Origin: a bacterium
GTDB taxonomy: Bacteria; Patescibacteriota; Minisyncoccia; Phycocordibacterales; UBA2100
Assembly: GCA_030648265.1 (NCBI GenBank)
Contig: JAUSHX010000040.1
Span: forward strand, 1-61,890
Direction of reading: 5' to 3'
Length of the DNA: 61,890 nt
Part shown: positions 58,001-61,890 of the stretch, one piece after another
How the letters are laid out: every line of letters starts with the position of its first letter
How positions within the stretch are numbered: position 1 is the stretch's first letter
Notes under the pieces: generated by a model
Told to the model about the DNA's origin: nothing
Seen by the model: the letters and a program-made list of their open reading frames with translations, nothing else
Databases searched by the model: none
Position numbers and translations under genes: made by a program

Positions 58001-58628
58001 AACCACGATTATGGGCGGCGCGGGCGTCGGCATGACAGCCGTCGCAGGAGTCCGTCTACTCAACACCTACCCGACAGTCGCGCAGGGAACACTTGCGACC
58101 GGTTCGGGAAGTGCTTCGGCAGGCAAACTCATTCGCTTCTCGGTGACGGCTAACTCTAAGGGAGATGTGGGCATCGCCCGCTTCACCTTCACGGTTTCCA
58201 CGACAACCGGAGTGACAATCGCGGGTCTCGGCCTCTATGGCTACACGGATTCCGGCTACTCAACGCCGATTTCCGGTCAGGGTGCGAGCGGCCTTATCGG
58301 CGCGACTCTGACGGCGACTTCAACCTCCAACATTGCAATCGGACCGCTTTCAGCGATAGCTCCGATTGAAGTCCCGGCAGGTGGAACCTACTACTTTGAG
58401 CTTCGCGGCTCTGTAGGAAGTTTGACAACCGGTTCTTCCATCACCACGACATTGCTCGGTGATGCAAGTGCGGTTACCACTCTTGCGGCAACCTCTACAA
58501 TCAGTGGTAACTTCATCTGGTCTGAAAACGCGACAACCACAACGGTTGCCACAGTAGCGGACTGGGCTAACGGTGCGAGTGTAGTCGGTCTGCCTTCAGG
58601 CGGTCTCATCCAGACTGTTTCTTACTAG
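55071..58628 (+). CDS. Large cell-surface protein: signal/TM anchor, coiled coil, peptidoglycan-binding domain, (T/G)n linker, then about 950 aa of beta-rich repeats
   Basis: 1185-aa ORF. Hydrophobic N-terminus VAGVLIGVGLVLAFSF. The PG_binding_1-like segment is GGEVMEIQKFLNGHG...FGQLTKAAVAKFQAANGVSPTAGYWGPLT. The linker is TTGGTTGGTTGTTGTTGTTGG.... The rest is T/S/A/G/V-rich and Cys-poor. A strong terminator follows. Confidence 0.8.
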   Translation: MKRSILKLMSKSLATKNVAGVLIGVGLVLAFSFSFVTTAKADALSDLQAQVNALLAQIAALQGASASTSGGACFTFTTSATVGTKGGEVMEIQKFLNGHGAQVAASGAGSPGNETSTFGQLTKAAVAKFQAANGVSPTAGYWGPLTRAKANSLCTTGGTTGGTTGTTGTTGTTGGTTGGTTGGTTGGTVTPTGPGITVSSSAQPANSLAPQGASRVPFTTFALANNTGAEVSVTGVTVQRSGLGVDANFSGIVLVDEQGLQVGISKTLNSNHQATIGDTFTLSAGQTKTFTVSGNMAASLTSYAGQIVSISVVGVNTSVPVNGSLPITGAQQTINSSLSIGTVTPAISSLDPNSAQTKNIGDTGLKFSGIRLTAGSNEDVKFFSIRWRLNGTVSANDLANITTVVSGTSYPTTVSSDGRYFTAVFAGGILIAKGNSIDVTIQGDITGTNASARTVQFDVDKTADIYFVGQLYGYGVGLAATTVGTAASTDTSLITTVTPWFDGSVFTISGASVTTLAKATSVPAQNVAVNVPNQPLGGYVTNFTGEPVSIQSTIFSVATSSGQSGYLTNVSIYDENGVVVAGPVDTSGTGSTLTFTDTITYPVGLHTYTLKGKIASTYTNGGTIQLSTAPATQWTSVTGQSTGNTVTLTTTNFTLNTMTVRAAALTMGLSTSPSAQTIVAGGQSVVFANIQLDASQSGEDVRINSVPLYAKQAYVATAAAVTNLTTCQISDAAGNVLNYGANVINALTNTDATTSPTTSQKVFSLNNSLTIPKGTVVTLTLKCNVGSSATAGDAYTFGTYSAGTAFSFTGVTSGNSTDTTVRSSVAGTQTIASAGTVAVSTDSSSPSYALSAGGTNGVTIGVIKFRPANEAVNLTKIGLTLGASGGNGSYTGASGAQDLVNAYIYNGTTLVGTASFTGNATTATSTLLSSVSLPKDVDTKLTIKIDLADVGTSQPGTPNDLVAIDILNFEGSGAQSGTTIMGGAGVGMTAVAGVRLLNTYPTVAQGTLATGSGSASAGKLIRFSVTANSKGDVGIARFTFTVSTTTGVTIAGLGLYGYTDSGYSTPISGQGASGLIGATLTATSTSNIAIGPLSAIAPIEVPAGGTYYFELRGSVGSLTTGSSITTTLLGDASAVTTLAATSTISGNFIWSENATTTTVATVADWANGASVVGLPSGGLIQTVSY
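55533..55634 (+). repeat. Imperfect tandem repeat (about 9/12 nt) encoding the Thr/Gly linker
   Basis: ACAACCGGCGGAACTACGGGCGGCACAACCGGCACAACCGGCACAACCGGTACAACAGGTGGAACTACAGGCGGCACAACCGGCGGAACAACTGGAGGCACA. Confidence 0.8.
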
Positions 58629-58703
58629 TTCTGGTGACACCACGTTCATGGCGACAACATGAACAAACCCCCGCTCCAAGCCACCGGCTTGCAACGGGCA
58701 AGC

Positions 58704-58735
58704 AAACCCCCTCTCCGAAAGGAGAGGGGGTTTTG
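58704..58735 (+). terminator. Rho-independent terminator of the surface-protein gene
   Basis: CCCCCTCTCC-GAAA-GGAGAGGGGG followed by TTTT. Confidence 0.85.
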
Positions 58736-58847
58736 CATTTCTTGAGGGGAGAAAATTTGGTGAGTCCGGCATCTCCGAGGTGACTCCTTGGCATTTGCCT
58801 GCCTGCGCTGAAGCTTCGGCGGGCAGGCAAGGTGTCTCCTCGGGCAT

Positions 58848-59723
58848 TTGCATATGCTTTTGCATTTGGTTAATAAGCGCGGTACTATGCTCACCACGAT
58901 GGCTCCGAGCTCAAAAAGCCAGACAATCGGCATACTCATCGCACTCGCCGTATTAATCGGCGGTGGATATCTCTTTATGCGCGGTACGGCGCCATCCTCA
59001 AGCATGCCCGCGCCTCTTTCTACCGCATCAACTACAAATTCGGATATCGCCGGAGGGACACTGGGTATTACCGGAACGGGGGGATACACAGTCAAAGAAG
59101 TGCCCACAGGAAACAATGCTCCGAAGGCGCCAGACTACAACACGCCGCTCGTGTTTTCTGCCACCTCCAATCTTAATATAGAACAGCAATCTGCTTTACA
59201 AGGGCAGGTGACCGCCTTACGCGTACAGTTAGCCAAAAATCCTTCAAGCTACGTCGCGTGGCTTGCTCTCGGAAGAGCATTTAAGACTGCGGGAGATTAT
59301 GCGCAGGCCGCAGAAATATGGGCATACCTCTCTCTTAATTGGCCGACCGATGCTATTGCTTTCGCGAATCTTGGCGATTTGTATATGAATTTCATCAAGG
59401 ATTATCCGAAAGCGGAAGCGAGCTATCTGGGTGCGATACGGAATAATCCGCTCCAAGTGGACGCATACAGAAACCTCTTCTCGTTGTATACGAATCTGTA
59501 CACAACGCACGCTTCTGCAGCCGAAGACATTCTGAAAAAAGGCATAGCAAACAATTCCGATGCCGTTGATTTGTATGTCTTGCTTGCGCGCTACTATCGC
59601 GACTCGGGTCGTACAGCAGAGGCGCGGGCAGAGTACGATTCTGCAATCGTGCAAGCAAAGAAACAGCCCAGTTCGGCGGCACTTGTAGCCGATATAACTT
59701 CTGAGCAGGCCGCTCTCAAGTAA
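58848..59723 (+). CDS. Membrane-anchored TPR-repeat protein
   Basis: 291-aa ORF; the start could instead be the ATG at 58887. It has a TM helix (IGILIALAVLIGGGYLF) followed by TPR-like repeats (AWLALGRAFKTAGDYAQAAEIW..., ANLGDLYMNFIKDYPKAEASY...). Confidence 0.65.
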   Translation: MHMLLHLVNKRGTMLTTMAPSSKSQTIGILIALAVLIGGGYLFMRGTAPSSSMPAPLSTASTTNSDIAGGTLGITGTGGYTVKEVPTGNNAPKAPDYNTPLVFSATSNLNIEQQSALQGQVTALRVQLAKNPSSYVAWLALGRAFKTAGDYAQAAEIWAYLSLNWPTDAIAFANLGDLYMNFIKDYPKAEASYLGAIRNNPLQVDAYRNLFSLYTNLYTTHASAAEDILKKGIANNSDAVDLYVLLARYYRDSGRTAEARAEYDSAIVQAKKQPSSAALVADITSEQAALK

Positions 59724-59787
59724 GATTGTGATTCAGCAGGGTGGCGGGAGCACCCCTTATCACTTTGTTTTGATAAACAAAGCTCCA

Positions 59788-59810
59788 ACTCCAAGGACTC
59801 CCCTTGGAGT
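59788..59810. repeat. REP-like hairpin, left flank of the Y1 transposase gene
   Basis: ACTCCAAGG-ACTCC-CCTTGGAGT, a 9-bp stem with a 5-nt loop, 24 nt upstream of the ATG. Confidence 0.8.
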
Positions 59811-59833
59811 CAAAGAAGTGATAATATTTAGCA

Positions 59834-60502
59834 ATGGAGAGGAAATTCCAGTTTGAGGTAGGCGAGTGTTACCACATTTTCAATCGCGGAGTGGAAAAGC
59901 GGATTATATTCCATGACGACAAGGATTGGACAAGGTTTCAGAATCTACTTTATCTAGCGAACGGAGACAAACCGCTCGTCTTTAAACTCCTCCAAGGACT
60001 CCCCTTGGAGCAGGAGAGAGGGGGTATGTATGCCAGTATTATTGCTTACGTACTTATGCCGAATCATTTTCACATTATCGGACGGGAAGATAAAAACAGC
60101 GGACTAAGCAGATTGATGGGCAAATTATCAACCGCGTATTCCATGTACTTCAATGTGAAGTACGCTCGGAGCGGGCCTTTGTTGTGTCGCCCTTTTCGCG
60201 CACTGCATATAGACACAGACGACTATTTTCGGTGGGTACTTTCATATGTTCACCTAAACCCGCTAGACTTGATGCACCCCGGATGGAAGGAAGAAGGGAA
60301 AATAGATTTTGATCAGGCCGTTAAATTCCTTCAATCGTTTGCATACTCAAGTTACCCAGACTATTTTCTTGCAAAACGGCTGGCAACGAAGATCATCAAC
60401 AAAGATGGCTTGCCAGTGGAAATATCCGACCTTGAAAATGTTGAAAAAATGCTTGAAGAATTTCAGACGCCGCCGGAAAATTCGTCGCTCGCTTGGGATT
60501 AA
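59834..60502 (+). mobile_element. IS200/RAYT-type Y1 (HUH) transposase gene
   Basis: 222-aa ORF with CYHIFNRGVEKRIIF, IIAYVLMPNHFHIIG (the HUH motif) and YFRWVLSYVHLNPL (catalytic Tyr region). It is flanked by inverted copies of the same hairpin. Confidence 0.75.
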
Positions 60503-60537
60503 TCCAAGGGGAGTCCTTGGACACCTCCTTGGAGTTG
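60503..60537. repeat. REP-like hairpin (inverted orientation) plus half-repeat, right flank of the transposase gene
   Basis: TCCAAGGGGAGTCCTTGGA (60503-60521) is the reverse complement of the left hairpin. CCTTGGAGTTG (60527-60537) is the reverse complement of 59786-59796. Confidence 0.8.
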
Positions 60538-60547
60538 AGTGTCCCTA

Positions 60548-60575
60548 TTGACTTAAAAACATCCGTAAGTATACT
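60548..60575 (+). promoter_or_regulatory. Sigma70-like promoter, candidate rRNA operon promoter
   Basis: TTGACT (60548-60553), a 16-nt spacer, then TATACT (60570-60575). It lies about 510 nt upstream of the 16S 5' end, and the AT-rich leader between them has no credible ORF. Confidence 0.4.
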
Positions 60576-61081
60576 TTCCTTCACCATCGCTCCTGCGCTG
60601 GACTTCGTAGCTCCGTTAAGGAGCGAAGTAGTCATGGGCGTGGGTCCTGCTTTGCATAAAGCTTCGCAGGATAAACGGTGTACCGAAAAACTGCTATGAA
60701 ATACTTCGGAAGGACTTTGAAAACTAAATAGACAATTGTACGCAAAACCAAAAATAAGATTGGTAAGTAAGTAAAACACACCCCGAAAAAGACGTAAATC
60801 GCTTCGCGATTAAGTCTCTCGGGGCGAGCACACAAGCAAGTAATTGAGTAAATAGAAAATACATTTGGAATTCTAGGAGGATTTCAAGTGTTAAGTAATA
60901 AACAGTTAGAAACAAAAGAAATATCCATTCTTTTGTTTCGTCCATCCAAAAAAAGAAATTAGAACTTAGTTCAAACATCTTTTCACTGTGAATAGCGGAG
61001 ACTACTAGTGAGGGCAATGCCTTCATGACGGTCTTTTGCGAAAACACGGGGGTGAACATCACGTAACAGTGGTGATTCACT

Positions 61082-61890
61082 TATACTTAGAGTTTGATCC
61101 TAGCTCAGGGTGAACGCTGGCGGCATGGATAAGGCATGCAAGTCACGGGGGCCGCAAGGCAACCGGCAGACGAGGTAGTAACACGTAGGAACGTACCCCA
61201 GAGTCTGGTATAGCTCGCCGAAAGGCGGGGTAATCCCAGATAGTCCCCTTACCACTTTTGCACTTCAGAAAAATAAAATGTACTCGTGTCATGCTCGCAT
61301 GGCATGGATATTGTTATAAAAATTGGAGATCAAAAGTGGTAAGGGGTAAAGGAGCAATTCGCTCCGGGAGCGGCCTGCGTTGTATCAGCTAGTTGGTAGG
61401 GTAATGGCCTACCAAGGCTATGACGCATAGGGGCGCTGAGAGGCGGACCCCCACCGATGGAATTGAGATACGGTCCATACTCCTACGGGAGGCTGCAGTC
61501 GAGAATCTTCGGCAATGGGCGAAAGCCTGACCGAGCGATGCCGCGTGGTGGATGAAGCGCTTCGGCGCGTAAACACCTTTTATGAGGGAGAAAGCTGTGC
61601 CTCACTATTGTTCGGCACCGCAGAACATCGCAGAACGAACGCAGAAGGTCGCAGAAGTAAATGCATCCCGCATTTTTTCTGCGTAATTCAGCGTCAAGTC
61701 TGCGTAAGTCTGCGCTGTGGCGAGTGATAGCGAGGCACAGATTGATGTTACCTCATGAATAAGGGGCTCCTAACTCTGTGCCAGCAGGAGCGGTAATACA
61801 GAGGCCCCAAGCGTTACCCGGAATTACTGGGCGTAAAGAGTGCGTAGGTGGTCGTGTTAGTCGTTTGTTAAATCTCCCGGCTCAACCGGG
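61082..61890 (+). rRNA. rrs: 16S ribosomal RNA, 5' portion (continues past the right edge), with two expansion segments
   Basis: AGAGTTTGATCCTAGCTCAG at 61089, ACTCCTACGGGAGGCTGCAG, GTGCCAGCAGGAGCGGTAATAC and ATTACTGGGCGTAAAG appear in the correct order. Extra helices lie at 61245-61346 and 61595-61740. Confidence 0.95.

Noticed and set aside
55071-58628. Diversity-generating retroelement target in the large surface protein
   Set aside because: The window has no reverse transcriptase gene, and I saw no template/variable repeat pair (near-identical 100-150-nt segments differing at adenines).
60541-61080. Minus-strand ORFs upstream of the 16S gene (60396..60779, 60632..60835, 60724..61080)
   Set aside because: This is an AT-rich rRNA leader region. 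The ORFs overlap one another, have Phe/Leu/Tyr-rich composition typical of AT-rich non-coding DNA, and would run head-on into the rRNA promoter.
1-61890. Alternative genetic code (UGA recoded, as in some CPR lineages)
   Set aside because: TGA terminates well-defined genes. For example, the ATGA overlaps at 2105-2108 and 5624-5627 give stops for the upstream genes, and ftsK also ends in TGA. Long ORFs are uninterrupted under the standard bacterial code.

Overview
This is a chromosomal segment of about 50% GC. Several traits suggest a Candidate Phyla Radiation (Patescibacteria, Parcubacteria-like) bacterium. The partial 16S rRNA gene at the right edge (from about 61082) carries two ORF-free expansion segments and a mismatched 515F primer site. 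rplK is not followed by rplA. Genes are small and tightly packed, and most start codons lack a Shine-Dalgarno sequence. TGA is used as a stop codon, so the standard code applies.

Content from left to right:
- 1-11.7 kb: a sugar or cell-envelope glycan modification cluster. It holds a C-methyltransferase, a cytidylyltransferase-cupin fusion, a TylF-like O-methyltransferase, three more SAM methyltransferases, a GT2, an SDR, a split transketolase and two paralogous large polytopic membrane proteins.
- 11.8-16.1 kb: a divergent EEP-family protein, an acyl-AMP ligase fusion protein and a PaaX-like regulator.
- 16.3-18.7 kb: tdh-kbl.
- 18.7-19.2 kb: a roughly 500-nt ORF-free structured region.
- 19.3-20.7 kb: secE-nusG-rplK.
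- 20.8-24.0 kb: a B12-radical-SAM and methyltransferase pair with a TrmB-type regulator.
- 24.0-30.7 kb: a complete asd-lysC-dapB-dapA-dapL-lysA operon.
- 31-53 kb: housekeeping genes (tmk, argS, ileS, recO, glyQS, metG, tatD, rpsF-ssb-rpsR, efp, recA, ftsK) with a RelE/Phd toxin-antitoxin pair inserted between argS and ileS.
- 55.1-58.6 kb: a 1185-aa surface protein with a peptidoglycan-binding domain.
- 59.8-60.5 kb: an IS200/RAYT-type Y1 transposase flanked by REP-like hairpins.

I see no canonical defence system, CRISPR array or retroelement. The most unusual signals are RNA- or repeat-level:
1. A palindromic CGCAGAA-repeat element occurs both inside the 16S V3 expansion and in the ftsK upstream spacer.
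2. The stem of the 16S V2 expansion recurs as a hairpin abutting the start codon of the surface-protein gene.
3. Three roughly 180-200-nt structured spacers with conserved ends fill the intergenic gaps of the nusG-rplK and rpsF-ssb-rpsR operons.
4. A REP-like hairpin sits in frame inside the transposase ORF.

All functional calls come from motif recognition by eye. No database search was run.
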